From Chiloscyllium plagiosum (taxonomy: Eukaryota), in assembly GCF_004010195.1 (NCBI RefSeq), contig NC_057756.1:1402672-1466671 (forward strand): DNA of 64,000 bases. The letters run 5' to 3'. The translations under genes were made by a program, and so were the position numbers. This document shows, piece by piece, positions 26,398-39,338 of the stretch (within the stretch, counting starts at the first letter, position 1; the number at the start of each line of letters is the position of its first letter). The notes beneath the pieces were generated by a model, which saw only the letters and a program-made list of their open reading frames with translations, did no database searches and had not been told where the DNA came from.

Positions 26398-26433
26398 TTT
26401 GTTCTTCCAAATTTGCCTTCAATTTACTTATTT
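26398..26433 (-). CDS. Micro-exon 6 (36 nt, phase 1-1): EISKLKANLEEQ
   Basis: Poly-T tract then tacAG|aaataagtaaattgaaggcaaatttggaagaacaaa|GTgagt. Confidence 0.85.
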
Positions 26434-26774
26434 CTGTAAAAAAAATCAATTACATACGCTGTTTAGGTCATTGGAAAGTATGTTGTGAGACTGTTATGAA
26501 TGCATAAAATGAAATTTTAAAGTAATCAGCAGGTCGGGAAAAATCTGTTTCGATGTATAAGAGTTGTTATTTGTCGGTCAGGTGGTACAAATACGACCCC
26601 TTGAGGGAAATACAACGTCAGCCATCAGACTTGAACAATCTTTCCCGACTCTAACCTTGCAGTAAATAAGAATGGAACATTAATATGTTTGTTCCACAAG
26701 TTAAATTGCACACCATTTACAGTATTTGATCGACGAAATGTTGAAAGACAAGAAGATTTACAGTTATAAATACG

Positions 26775-27110
26775 GTTAAAAATCAAACGACACCAGGATA
26801 GAGTCCAGCAGGTTTATCTAAAATCGCAAATTTTCAGATCTCCACTACTTCCTCAGGCGTGCTATGATAGAGAGGTATAAGACAGAGTATTAATAAGCAG
26901 AAAGTTAACAGCTTTAATACTAGCTACCCTTGTTGAATTCGTTGACATGTTAGGAGGTAAATGCTGAATAAAATGCAAAATCAAAATAGCTTTTAAGTCT
27001 TTGTCTTTATATAATTAATTTTAAAAATCAATTTTCAAGGTTTTGATACATCAGGTTAGATAAAGCACTTTAGCTCTGAAGTCTTGATTCGAATCACTGT
27101 TTTAGAATGA
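26775..27110 (-). mobile_element. Probable terminal repeat of a Penelope-like element
   Basis: ttaaaaatcaaacgacaccaggatagagtccagcaggttta resembles the arm of the fold-back at 51670-51720 and the reverse complement of 37430-37465. Confidence 0.5.
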
Positions 27111-28430
27111 GCTCCGGTTATGTTTTTTGACAGAAAAGGAAGTTGAAAGAAATAATTATCCCAAATATGTCTGAAATAGTCATCGATTCTGATCGTAACC
27201 AATTAAATGTTTTGCAGAAATATAACGATAAAAAGTCCAAATTGTTGACATGGAACTTTTTATTACAGTCATTCATTTTGAAAAGTTTATATGTGTCAGG
27301 ACGAGAAAACATGATTGCGGATGTATTGTCGAGACTTGGATGAGAAACAGAGGTGTTGGGAGGCAGGACACAGCAACTAAGCGGGTGTTCTGCTGGTTCA
27401 GTAGTTAGCACTGCTGCCTTAAAATCACCAAAGATCTAGGTTCAATTCCAATCTCAGGCGACTGCTTGTGTGGAGGTTTTTCATTCTTCCAATGTTTGTG
27501 TGAGAGACATTCTTCCAATGTTTCCTCCAACAGCCCAAGGATGTGCAAGTCAGGTGAATCAGCCAAAATATTTTTTTCTGAGATGTGTAGGTTAGGTGCA
27601 TTAGACAAGGGAACTGTAGTGCAATAGTGGAGGCGAATGGGTCTGGGTGGGATACTCTACGTGTTGGTGTGGACTTGTTGAGCCAAATGACCTGTTTCCA
27701 TAATGCAGAGATTATTTCTAAACAGGATGATGTAGAAAGCAATAGTGCATGGTTATACTTAATGTGGTGTGTATGTATTTCTGTGTACTAACGGGTAAGA
27801 ATAACAGCTTCAAAACAAAGTCATCTTTGTATATTGGCAGTTTGTTGTTGAAGGGGGGACTGTGACGATGCCCTTGGTCATGCTGTCCTTGATCTTTTCA
27901 ACAGGGGTCATAAAGGCAGAGATGCCGATTTGTCTGGACTTTGAACAATGGTTACTTTGAACAATGGCAGGGTAGTGGCCAGTTCTCTCATTTCACTTTT
28001 TAAAAGTTTCATTTAGTTGTTATTTGAGCTAGAAGGGGCTTAGAGAAGGAGCTAAGATTAAGATACTTTCCATGCTTCACCATAGGACTTGCCTGAACTT
28101 TCTGTCTGAAATCCGACCTGCTTGTGAGAACTTGTGTTTGCATTTAACTTTTGCCAGAGTGTGTGTTAGTTAGTAGGGATTGGAACAGCTACTTTAAGTT
28201 GTGATCCTGTGTCTGTTGGGGAATCAATAAAAGTTGTTACTCCATATTCTGTTTTCTTTCGTTCATTTTTCATCTGGTATGTTTAAATAAATTCTGAGAT
28301 GTTCAAATTTGAGTGGGTTGACCGACTGCAACACTCTTGAAAATTTCACTCTACATCTAACTAAAAGGGAATAAAACCTTTGGATCTTCACTCCCGTCTT
28401 GAAACATTTTGGCGGGGTCCACAGCAATGC
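27110..28430 (+). mobile_element. 3' end of a Gmr1-like LTR element: RNase H end, PPT (about 27848-27860), 3' LTR from 27861
   Basis: DSDRNQL...KLLTWNFLLQSF...GRENMIADVLSR then a stop with no integrase after it; gaagggggga then tgtgacgatgc, the same LTR start as at 54818 (-). Confidence 0.8.
27383..27720 (+). mobile_element. HE1-type SINE inserted in the 3' UTR of the LTR element
   Basis: ggttcagtagttagcactgctgcc...ggtgtggacttgttgagccaaatgacctgtttcc. Confidence 0.8.
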
Positions 28431-28469
28431 ACAATCTCTCAAATGCTCAGATACACTCGCATGTTCACA

Positions 28470-28735
28470 AACACATTGACCACTGGGGAGAATGCACATC
28501 ATTCCTATACTGTGTAGACAGGCCATTCTATGGACCGTGGTAGGATACCAGAGTACCCGAAGGAATCCCACATATTCATGGGAAAAATGTGCAAATTCGA
28601 CATAGACATTTGCCTGAGGCTGGAATCGAATGCGGGCCCCTGATACTGTGAGCAGCATTGTTAACCAGTGTCTACACACACACACACACACACACACAGA
28701 GACACACACACACAACACACACACACACACGCAAA
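28470..28735 (-). mobile_element. Degenerate HE1-type SINE adjoining a (CA)n microsatellite (28674-28735)
   Basis: Core VEFAHFS..VGFLRVLW translation as in other copies; CA run visible. Confidence 0.75.
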
Positions 28736-28759
28736 CACAGATAAACGCTGAAATGTTGG

Positions 28760-31700
28760 AACATGAGCACTAAGCTGAGAGTCTCCTTCTCAATTTGGAA
28801 TGTTTCTGCTGATGAATGTTCAATTTGCAGGAGAAAAGTCTCACAGGTCGTTCCATCTTCTTTTTGCTTTTCTGTAAGAGTAGAACATCGACGTGCACAT
28901 AACTTGCGTCGAGAGACACCACAAATGTCTTTGTGTAATCAGGTGTGGCCAACTTAGGAGCAATGGTTAGCACAACTTTCAGGCTGCTAATTGCATTTTG
29001 ACAGTCAGCCGGCCACTAAAAGTTCACACTTTTCGTCAATAATTCAGTGTGTGCCCAATTAATTCCAGGAATCATGGTCTTTCTCGTTTCGTCGATGGTA
29101 TGGGAAAGCCCCTCAATAACCTCTGGTTTTGAAATCCGTGGGACAATTTGTCCATGTCCTATAACATGGCGCAGGATGGTGACTTGGCTTTCGCGGATTC
29201 ACTCTTAGCCAGGTTTATTACCAAGCCTTCCTTCCGAAGTCAATCAAATAATTCTGATAAACGCTGCAAATATTCCTTCTTTGTGTGACTAAAAATCGCC
29301 AGATGTAAACAACACAACTGGGGAATCCGCAAATGACTTTATTAGATCGTTTTTGAAATTGTGGCTGGTGTGTTTTTCACAACAAATTGCGTGACTTTAA
29401 TTTGGTGTAGTCCATTTGGTGTTGTGGTGCCCAAAATTGACTTTGGTTTTCCGGATGAAGGTACCTGCCATTATTTTCTGACTATGTACAATGTAGAAAT
29501 ATACATTGCTTCTCCAACCTTTTCAATATAGTCCTCCAATCACGGGAATGAATATGAATCAGACTTTGTCATTGCATTGACATTGTGACTTTCAAAAAAT
29601 AACTGTCGTGTACCATTTAGTTTTGACGTCATGCCTATGGGTGAGCTCCAGTCACTGTAACTCACTTCGATTATGTTGTCCTGCAGCATGCGGTAAATCT
29701 CTTTCTGAACCTGTCCCAACGTTAGAAGCTGAAATCTCTTTTGGTATTGCTTATCAGAAAAGCATTTCCTGTATCTACATAATGCATAAGTAAATTAACT
29801 GCTCAGCTGATTCCCACAAATCACTCCGTGCATAGCAACAAGTCTTTCAGTTCATTTCTGTATTCCGCTGGAAGTTAAGTCAATTATTTATCCCAGTTTT
29901 TGATAACTTCCTCATTGTTCAATTTAATTTGACGAATGTCCAATTCAGAATATTCTGAACATGGTTCTTCGCTCTGTTTTGTAACTATTAACTCTTTCTC
30001 CTTTGCTTCTCTTCCATCTCAAAATATCCTTTGAGTATATGCAAATGGCACGCACTGTGAGATTTATTTCTGCCTGGAATTATTATCAAATAGTTCACTT
30101 CACTCAAAGTCCATTCGACTTGATAAAGCCCACAAAACCTTGCTTTTAAACGGTCACCTATCATTGGGAGTAACACTAAAACTTTATTTTCATTAGTAAA
30201 ATTACAAGTTTGTGCTTTCTTATCTGCTTCATGTTTCATTGCATGATGTTATATTTTTAAATGCTGTCTATACAACTTGCCCATTTTATTTAGTCATTCC
30301 CTAAAATTAGACATTTGGTCCAAATATATGATCTCTGATTTCTGCTGCACCATTTTTTTCTTACTCAATTTTAGTGGTCCTCTCACTTTATGCTCCAAAA
30401 CTATATCAGTTTGGATGCATTTAGTCGATGCATGTGTTCTGTCTCTAATTGCAAAAAGAAAAAAAAATAGAAATGGAATTCCCTTAGCATCTGGATAGTC
30501 ATGACTATTTGATCTTGTCATGGTCTTCAAGGTTTGATGCCACCTTTGTAGTGCTCTCTCTGATTCTGGATGGTACGCAGATGTTTTGAGTTGTTTTATT
30601 TCTAAGCTGTCTATAACGTCCTTGAATAACTTTAATATAACGTTTGACTTTTGATCTGGCTCTAGGTCTGTTAATTCTGTCTATAGAGTAGTGTGTGTCG
30701 GGTGAAACATTCTGCATTGTTCTAAATGAACACGCAACTCCTCTAATGCAATTTGTCGTTGCTAAGGATTTAGTTGGGACACAGGTAGGTGTGCTGCTTA
30801 TTGTGGTTGAAAAACCAGTGAAAAGACATTCGACAATACCTGATTTTGAATAATGGAATGGCTTCTGCAAATCCAGTGGCTACATCCATTTTTGTTAATA
30901 AATACTGATTCCCACCCTATGTTTTAGTTAGGGGTCCGACACAACCAATTAAGACTCTGGTAAAAGGCCCCTCAAATACAGAAATGGAAAGTAAAGGTAT
31001 GGACTTTATTACTGCATGCGGTTTTCCAATTATTTGACTGGCACGACATGTCTGGCAAAATTTAAACACATCCCAATGCAGTCCAGGCCAGTAAAGATGT
31101 TTTTGCATTTTAGATAGCGTTTTCATTACCCCTTAATAACCTCCTACTAATACTTTGTGCGCTATCCACCGCACCTCCTTTATATAACTCATTGGTTAAG
31201 CGACTTGATAAAATTTCGCTTATTTCTCATTTGCCTGAATATGTAGTGTTTTCCATTTCCTCAGTAAAACATAATTTTTAAGATAGCAGCACTCAGAGAT
31301 GCAGTCGGATTCTGCTTTTGTGTACGCTTTTGAAACAATTGCTTTAGCTTTTTTCGACTTTTGTTGTTACACAATATATTTCACTGAGCTAAAAATGTCC
31401 ACATTGTCCTCCACCTATTCGTGTTTTGTGTCAGCCATTTGATCAAACATATCAAACATCGATCATTCTATTTCAAGTTTCTTATTTGCATTCTGTGATC
31501 TCTCCTGTTTCAATTGGTGACTTTGCGAACTCATTATGACAGTCATGAAAAGTCTCAGGATATGCTTCTTGTTATAACAACGTTGTCTAATTTTGCACAG
31601 GCTTTTCAACCATAGTGGACAGCACTCCTACCTGGAGTGTTTTTCTAGTAATCCCACCACCACTTCTCCACTTTTCATTCTAGACTGTAAAATCACTCTA

Positions 31701-33860
31701 AATAGTTGAGTGTTTTATTATTATTATTATTATTATTATTAATAATAATAATTTCATGTACTCGCATTTTTATAGCGATAATCATTCTACGTTGCTTAGC
31801 ACTTCATCTCTCAACATCAAAGATTAACATAATCCTGCATCTCTTCTTGCTGTAAGCTCTTTACCTGCTCCTCTTGGCCCAGTCACGTAAACATTACCTT
31901 AACAAGTAAATGGTGAGTGAAGATCTGATACAGCCTGCTTAAACAGCGTGTGCCAATCTGCTACAGCTTTTTCGACTCCATTTTGTTTACCACCCCAACA
32001 AAATTCACTGGCTTATCCTGTATTCCTACATCCGTCTTCCCAGTGCTTTTCCCAATCCACCAACATTGCGATCTCATGTGCCCTACTTTACTGTAGTGTT
32101 AACACTGGAGGTTTTAAACTTCTCTTTCTGCTTCATGTGTTTCCATCTTACGTTATAGTAAGTTAACTTCATTATCTCCAGTGAGATCTACTGTTCACTT
32201 ACCATGTGAGGATTTCCTGTTTCCCCAATTTCTATTCCTCACAGATTGAAATTGATGTTGGAATCAAAATTTGATTTATAATCTTACTCATAATCATCAG
32301 CCTTTTCAATGCTAATATTGCCATTTTAGCTCTGTACTCTTCCACATGAGTTCTCAGTACGTCAGGAAGTGAATCTTTTAACTCCTCCAAAATAATTGTC
32401 TAAGAGCGTCATAGATCTGCTCCATGTTAAATGCCCTTATCTACCTATCAGAATTATTTTGTGTGATCCTTTCAAATTCAATGCATGTTTGATTAGGATC
32501 CTTCCTTAGATTCCTGAAACAATGTCGATAGGCCTTTGGAGCAAGGGCATGTGAAGATTGCTTTCTTCCCCTCCTCATATTCCCCTGACACCATGTATGA
32601 TAGTGATGCAAGTACCTCACAAGTTCTACCTTTCAGCTTTATTCGGATCAATAAAACCCACAAAGTCACCAGACAGTTCATGTGTTTAGCCACCTTCTCA
32701 AATGAAATGAAAAATCCTTCGACATCCTTCACATTAAAATTTTGGCAATGGTTGAATATATTTCAACAGATTCCCACCTTTCATTGCGATTGTTTTGTTC
32801 ATCCTCACCGTCTTGTTCAAAAAGCTTACCTTCTACCTTCACCTTTTAAGCAGATGTCGTTGTCCAAATTTATGAAGTTCAAGCTTTCTCTCTTTCTTCT
32901 TTTCGTGTCTTTCTTTTTCTGTTTCTTATCTTTTATTTTCCTTTTATTCTGCAAAATTAATTCTCTCCGTGTCTTTTCGTTCGTGATTTGTTTTTCTCCT
33001 TTGCATATAATAGTATTTCAAACAGTTTCATTCCTTTTTCTTTTTCTTTTCCATCCAATTCAAGCAACTTCATTTTGAATTGAGTTTTAGTCATTTTCCA
33101 ACATCCTAATCGCATTTCCAGCAAATATAAAAGCTGAATTATTACTGTAATTATCTCTCTTTTGTTTTTCACGCACCAAGGTAAGTTCAACTCTTTGCTT
33201 TGTTCACCTTTGAAAAGTAACCAAAGTCCCTACTTCCAAACCCAAAAATCTCTTAGCGATGGAAAGAGCCATTGGTACACCAAGCACTGCATAAAACAAA
33301 CAAAAGACACTAACACCTATCTTTGAGTGTTCCAAATTGGAATTACAGAATACATCGCAGGCGAGCTCCCAGTCTGTTATGCACCAGGCAGGGCCGCCTC
33401 AAATTTCTTGAAGAAGGTAGCCAAGACTCTAACTTTTCATTTTCTTTCAGGTAGATGTTGTGTGGATATTCCAGGAGTGATGCAGCTGATCAACACCCGC
33501 AGCTTTAACTGAAACAGAAGTTATTAAAACATTACGGACGAATATGAACAAAATAAAACAGAATTTAGAATATCTCAACTTGCTAATCCAACAGTCATGA
33601 TACGGTGACATTCCAAAGCTGTTCCCACCCCTACAACATCCTGCAGACACGCCCTTTGGCGAAAGCTGCAGTCAAACACAGGTTCTCACAGGTAAGTGAG
33701 ATTTCACACAGAAGGCCCACGCAAGACCAGTGCTGAAGTATGGAACCTCTTTTAACTGTACCTGCCTCTCTAGGTCTCCAGCAGTTTTTTGGCTGCTTGC
33801 TAAAGATTAAACCAAACCAGAAAGAAAAATAAAACATCTGAACTTGTTGACTCCACTGTC
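28760..33860 (-). mobile_element. Decayed Gmr1-like Ty3/Gypsy LTR retrotransposon: 5' LTR (33375-33860), PBS, gag, PR, INT, RT, RH; 3' truncated
   Basis: gag DVEGFFISFEKVA...WVLL (about 32700); PR RDAG (about 31835); INT HLYWPGL...CQTC...PFTRVLIGCVGPL (31126-30917) and GPY/F-like RFCGLYQV (about 30130); RT TPNGL (about 29415); RH APKLATPDYTKTF..DAS (28973-28770). Confidence 0.9.
33354..33371 (-). promoter_or_regulatory. Degenerate tRNA-Pro primer binding site
   Basis: After LTR end ...ataaca: tgggagctcgcctgcgat versus canonical TGGGGGCTCGTCCGGGAT. Confidence 0.65.
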
Positions 33861-34055
33861 AATGTTCAAAGTAAGCATTTACAGACAAATGGGAACACCC
33901 TTGAAAAAAAAAACAAGGACAACATAACCTCATGAAAGGTGTATCATCATCACAGAATATGTGAGTGTGCGTATGCATGTGTGGGTGTTTGTGCATAAGA
34001 AAGTGTCTGCGTATGTCTACGAGTATGCGTGAGAGTCTGTGTGCGGAAGGATGTA

Positions 34056-35325
34056 AAGCATAAGACCATAAGACACACAAGCAGAAATTAGGCCATTCAG
34101 TCCATCGAGTCTGTGATGCCTTTCAATTATGGCTTTTGAATTTTCCAACCCAATTCTCCCTTTTTCTCCCCATAACCCTTGACGCCCTTATCAATCAAGA
34201 ACTTATTTAACTCCATCTTAATTATGCTCAATGAACTGGACTCCAAAGCCTTCTGTGGCAATGAATTCCATAGATTCCCTACTCTCTGGTTGAAGATGTT
34301 TCTCCTTATCTCGTTTCTAAAACGTCTTTCGTCTAAGACTGTGGCCCTGGGTCCTCGTCTCTCATATCAACGAAAACAGCTACCCATCGTCTTCTCTGTC
34401 CAGACCATTGAATATTCTGTAAGTTTCGATTAGATCACTCCTCATTTTTCTAAACGTATAGAACCAGAATCCTCAAACGTTCCTCGGATGTTAAGCTGTT
34501 CATTCCTAGGTCCATTCTCGTGAATCTCATTTGAAGACGCTCCAGAGCCAGTACATCCTTCCTGAAATATGGGCCCAAAACTGCGCACAATACACCAAAT
34601 CTGACCTGACCGGAGCCTTATAAAGCATCAGAACTCAATCCCTGCTCTTCTATTCAAGGCCGCTGGAAATAAGTCCCACAATAGCATTTACTAACTATTA
34701 GCTCAACCTTCAAGTTTACCTTGACAGAATCCTGGATGAGAACTTCCAAGTCTCTTTCCACTTCAGACTTTTGAATTTTCTCCCCATTATTCTTCTATTC
34801 AAATCCATGCCTCTATTCTTCTTACAAAATTGCATTACCTCATATTTTCCCACTTTGTACTCCATCTGCCACTTCTCCTAAAATGTCCTAATGCTTTTGC
34901 AGCCTCCCGCGTCCTCAATGTTAGCTGTCCCTCTAACTATGTATCATCAGTGAATGTAGTCATAATGTCCTCATCTCCTTCATCTAGATCATTAATATAA
35001 AAATTGAAATGTTTTAATCCCAAAATTGAGGCTTACAGAACACCAGGTTTCACCAGCTACTCCCCTAAGAAGGACGGTTTTATGCCTTCACTCTGCTTTC
35101 TGCCAGACAGCCAAGTCTGTATGGAGGCTAGCTCCTTGCCTGCAACACTATCTTACTCAGTAGACTCCTGTGTGCCACGTTGCAAAATTCTTTCTTGAAG
35201 TCCAGATAGATAACATCCATTGATTCTCCTTGGTCTAATAAACTCATTACTTCCTCAGACAATTCGAGTAGATTTGTCAGGCATGACTAACTCTTGATTA
35301 AACCATGATGAATCTGTCCTTTATT
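34056..35325 (-). mobile_element. Decayed CR1 LINE 3' half
   Basis: (cataaga)-like tail, aggccattcagtccatcgag, RT and C-terminal remnants. Confidence 0.85.
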
Positions 35326-35329
35326 ACCC

Positions 35330-37510
35330 TTTTCCCTGTTATAATATGGTCGGGTTACCTGTCGTGCGAAATGAACCCAAAATCACGCGTGAAACTCTCT
35401 TAACGGGTACAGAGCTTCGCTACCAGCGTCTAATCATGAATTTTGCGTTGTTGGATATCTGGACATCCGCCATGGAGGACGCTCACCTGAAGCTCTGAGT
35501 TTTAATGTTCTGGACTATTGATGTGTTCCCCCACTTGGCGGGGAGCCTACTGCGTATTGATCGTTGTGTTATATTCTTTCATTGTTTCTCAGCTTGTCTA
35601 CATGATCTCGCTAATGTAAAATGCCTCGGGACATTTTTCTTGCTTTGAATAAGATAGATCACATTGGCAGAATCATATGAGTACCAGCCATGGACATGGT
35701 GCATGGTGTTCCCATTTGTGTCAGGAGCTTCCATGTTGATTATCTGACATGTTCTGTAGTGTTTGCCATGTCAGTGTTGTGTGATGTTGTGGTCGATGTT
35801 GTCTGAAAGGCTGGGTACTTTGTTGTAAAGTGTTTCAGTTTCAGTGGTTGTTTGAAGCAAGCAATTGGAGGCAAATGGAAAGTTGAGGCGACGTTTTTAT
35901 CGATGTCGATGTTGTAAGAATAGTTTCTCCTCTCCAGGGGAGTACTGGACGATGAAGATTACACTATCAGCTGCAAATAAATGATCTGCTTGGATTGGGG
36001 GGAATGGGGCGCCTGAAGGTATTGAATGCACTGATAAGATCTGGATACAATTCTTCGCTCATCAATATCCAATTCTATCGTGCCAGAACAAAAGAAACTG
36101 CAATGATCTCCTTTGAACACCGACATGTGATACTGCCGGTACTTCATTTACAAGTTCTTTCCAGGAGCGGAGAAGCTACGCAATGTTCTTTGCAGCCTTC
36201 GAGGTATCACCGACAATGATGAATAAGTCACCACAAACTTTCCCACGCCTCCACTTCAGGCCATCAAGCAAGCAACGAACTTTAAAAATAAACCAATGCT
36301 TGCACCAAACTATCCAGCCTACAGGACAACTTCATTTACAGCGCCACACAATCCTTCTATGGAAAACTCTGTAGGACATGTCAGATCATCGACATGGATA
36401 CTGCCATCACACGTGGGACACACCGCAACACATGTATGGCTGTTACTCACATGACTCAGACAATGTCATCCAAGTTGTATGATGCAATCGAGGATGCCCT
36501 GAAGTATGATCCATTGTCGAAATTTGTAAACACTACGGTCAACGATGAATGTATGTCATACAACAATAAACATACACGGGTCCCCTCCCAGTGGAAAAAC
36601 ACTTTGGCGGACCAGGATATTCAACCTCTGATTTTCGGGTGAGTGTCCTCTAAGGCGGATTTTAAGATACGCAACAATGCAAAATCGCTGAACAGATTAG
36701 CTAAGTCTGATAACTAAGTTCTGTATCCAAGAAGACGGTCTTAACAGGAATCTTGGGTTTATGTTACACTAAAGGTACCCCCAACGCACTATATACTCCT
36801 ACACACAGACTCATACACGCATTTGCATACCTATACAGGCCCTCTTCCACGCACACACTCGCACTTTCAGTCTCACACTCATATGCACACGGAGTCATAG
36901 GGTCTCAAATGCATGAACACTCTCCCTCTCTCCGACGCACACACTCTCTCTCACAAACACACAAATACACACACACACACATAAACGTTCAAACACACAT
37001 GCACACACCCACCCTGACTTTCTTTCTGACACACACATAAGGGGTGGGGGAGTTATTTCATTCAACATTCTTTTTGGTTTTACACACACGCACACACGCA
37101 CAATCACACACACAGTCACACTCACACACACGGAGGAACAATTTCATTCACGATTCATTTCTGTCAAAAAAGTAAAACCAAACCTCAGGTCGAAACAAAT
37201 TTGAAATTGGGCATCTCGCCGAAAGTGCATTGCCCAACCTGAGATATCACCACTGTAAATATTTGAAATAAACCTGGCTTTTGCATTTTGATCAGCTGTG
37301 TACATCCTAAATGATGAAAAGATTCAGGAAGGGCAGCTACCTTTCAAGTTCGTAACTTGTTGCTTATATATATTGTATCTCACACTTCCCATCACACCAC
37401 ACTTGAAGAAGATGGCAATATCAAAGGAACCTGTTGACGGCAGCTGAGTATCGTTTGATTTCTGACCTTGCCCACCCCATTCCAACTCTGGAATCTCCAC
37501 ATCGTGGTCA
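35330..37510. mobile_element. Old Penelope-like elements in divergent inverted arrangement (minus 35330-35880; plus 35920-37510 with CA-rich region)
   Basis: The same ORF C-terminus on both strands (36710-36770 ctgataactaagttctgtatcc...cttgggtttatg versus the reverse complement of 35365-35430); CA-rich 36790-37130; terminal-repeat-like 37400-37510. Confidence 0.65.
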
Positions 37511-37699
37511 ATAAACACTCATTAAGTGGCAACATAAATATTTGATATAAGTTGTATGTCATAGGGCTAACTTGAAGAAATAAAGCTTGAGAAATATGTA
37601 TTTTTGGACCTAATCACAGAATGCAACGACCAGTTACGTCAAGTCACTGCATATAGTGGTGTTACATTTGAAAGTGACTTGTATTTGGTGGTCATACCC

Positions 37700-38835
37700 A
37701 CTATTTGCAAATGGTTTTTGAAGAGGTAACTGAAATGAGTGATGAGGGTAACGTTTTGAGGTGGTATATGTGGAGTTCCAGAAGGCATTTGATGCGTTAC
37801 CCCAGCCACAGATTTGTGAGGAACATTGCTGATCATCGTGATGGAAATTTAGACATATACATTTATGGAAATTTATACATAAAATTCATTATGTCGTAGA
37901 AAGGCAAAGAGTATAATTAATGCATATATTTTGGACAAATTTGTAGTAAATTTTGTGTGGTAGTGAATTTAGCTTTCTGATCCCCGTAATCACCTGGAAC
38001 TCAATGTTTAAAGAACGGTTTCCAAGTTTGAAGAGTACAGTGTAGAATTGTAAGAACATTGAAAAGGGCACATAATGTAAAGGAGATGCAGGAATAGAGG
38101 AACTTGTGTGCACATGATCATTGGCGATGGCAGGACAAACGAAAAGAGTGGCAAATGAACCACTGATTCCCCTTGGTTTCACTCATAGTTTGTATAGAAC
38201 ATGGACAAGCTGGTGATGTGGAATTTGAATAAAACACTTGCTAAGATTCAACTGAAATAATGCATGCAGATATGTTTGACGCATTACAAAAACAATGCAA
38301 AGACATTAGAGAATGTCAGCAAGTTATTTACTATGTTCCACGGCATGGAATGAAGGAGGTTGAGTGGATACCTAATTGAGGTTTTCAAAACAATGAGCGA
38401 AGTGGGTAGATTAGATAGTATGAAGCTTTTTCTGCTGTTAAAGAAAGAGCAAGAAAAATGTGAAGGAACACATTTTAGATAAAGTGGATATGAGAAAAGG
38501 GTGGTGTGAGAAAATTAACTTTTTTCACTAAGTGATTTCGTTTTTAGGACCGAGTTTACCGTAGAGGAATCTCTTTCTCAACCTGTTCCCTTGTTCATGG
38601 TGTGGCGGTCCTCTGAATGAAGCACCAGCAGTCGTCTCTCTCTCATGAGTGAATATATATGTGATCGGGTAGAACTCTGGTGTCTTCAGCTGTTCGCTAT
38701 CTAATGAGTTGGCAGTGTGGTGGCTGCAGGATAATGAGGTATTTAAAAAAGCATTTGATTTCATTGTATTATGGCGTTCAAGGATATTGAAAAATTTCAG
38801 GATATTGGAATGAGATAATAGACGTATTGTAGGCA
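37700..38835 (+). mobile_element. Highly decayed CR1 LINE RT to 3' end
   Basis: FEEVTEMSDEG, tatgtggagttccagaaggcatttgat (Y.DFQKAFD). Confidence 0.75.
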
Positions 38836-39311
38836 TGATAGGCCATGCAGCTATCATATTGCGCTCTCAAAATGTTTAATTGCTTGATTATGTGAATACT
38901 TCTAAGCAAAATTTATGGTTCGTAACTTTTGAGTAAAACTTTAGGAGAGCTTGTTGACCTATTGCAAAGAGTTCAGGAGCAATACTTCACATGCTGAGGT
39001 GACGGTCCAGAATATTCAACTTGACTTTTGAGGTAACAACTCCAATTGTAAAGCATTTCCATGTTTTTCAGTGTGAGCTAATTTCATGGTTAATCTCGTC
39101 CAAGCCTGAACTTCCGTTTTGTTTGAGCGGGTGATGTCTTCTGTGTTTACTCTGAAATTTAGAAAGAATTACACGTTTCAAAGGATCAGCACTTTTAAGT
39201 CTTGTAGGTAAAATTTTATGTCCTGTCTGACAGAAGTCACCAAAGAGAACGAGAACTGTTCTCCAAGGATACATGATTGACTTCTCCAGAATAATAACAA
39301 AACAATCTTAC

Positions 39312-39338
39312 CTTTCTGTTTCTGGCGTAATGTTGCCT
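39312..39338 (-). CDS. Micro-exon 5 (27 nt, phase 1-1): EATLRQKQK
   Basis: tttgcattcatgttctccAG|aggcaacattacgccagaaacagaaag|GTaaga. Confidence 0.85.

Noticed and set aside
31714..31752. (tta)n/(taa)n quasi-palindrome
   Set aside because: Simple microsatellite expansion inside a dead LTR element
32536..33078. 180-aa hydrophobic plus-strand ORF (also 53671-53886)
   Set aside because: Antisense shadow of the purine-rich gag coiled-coil region
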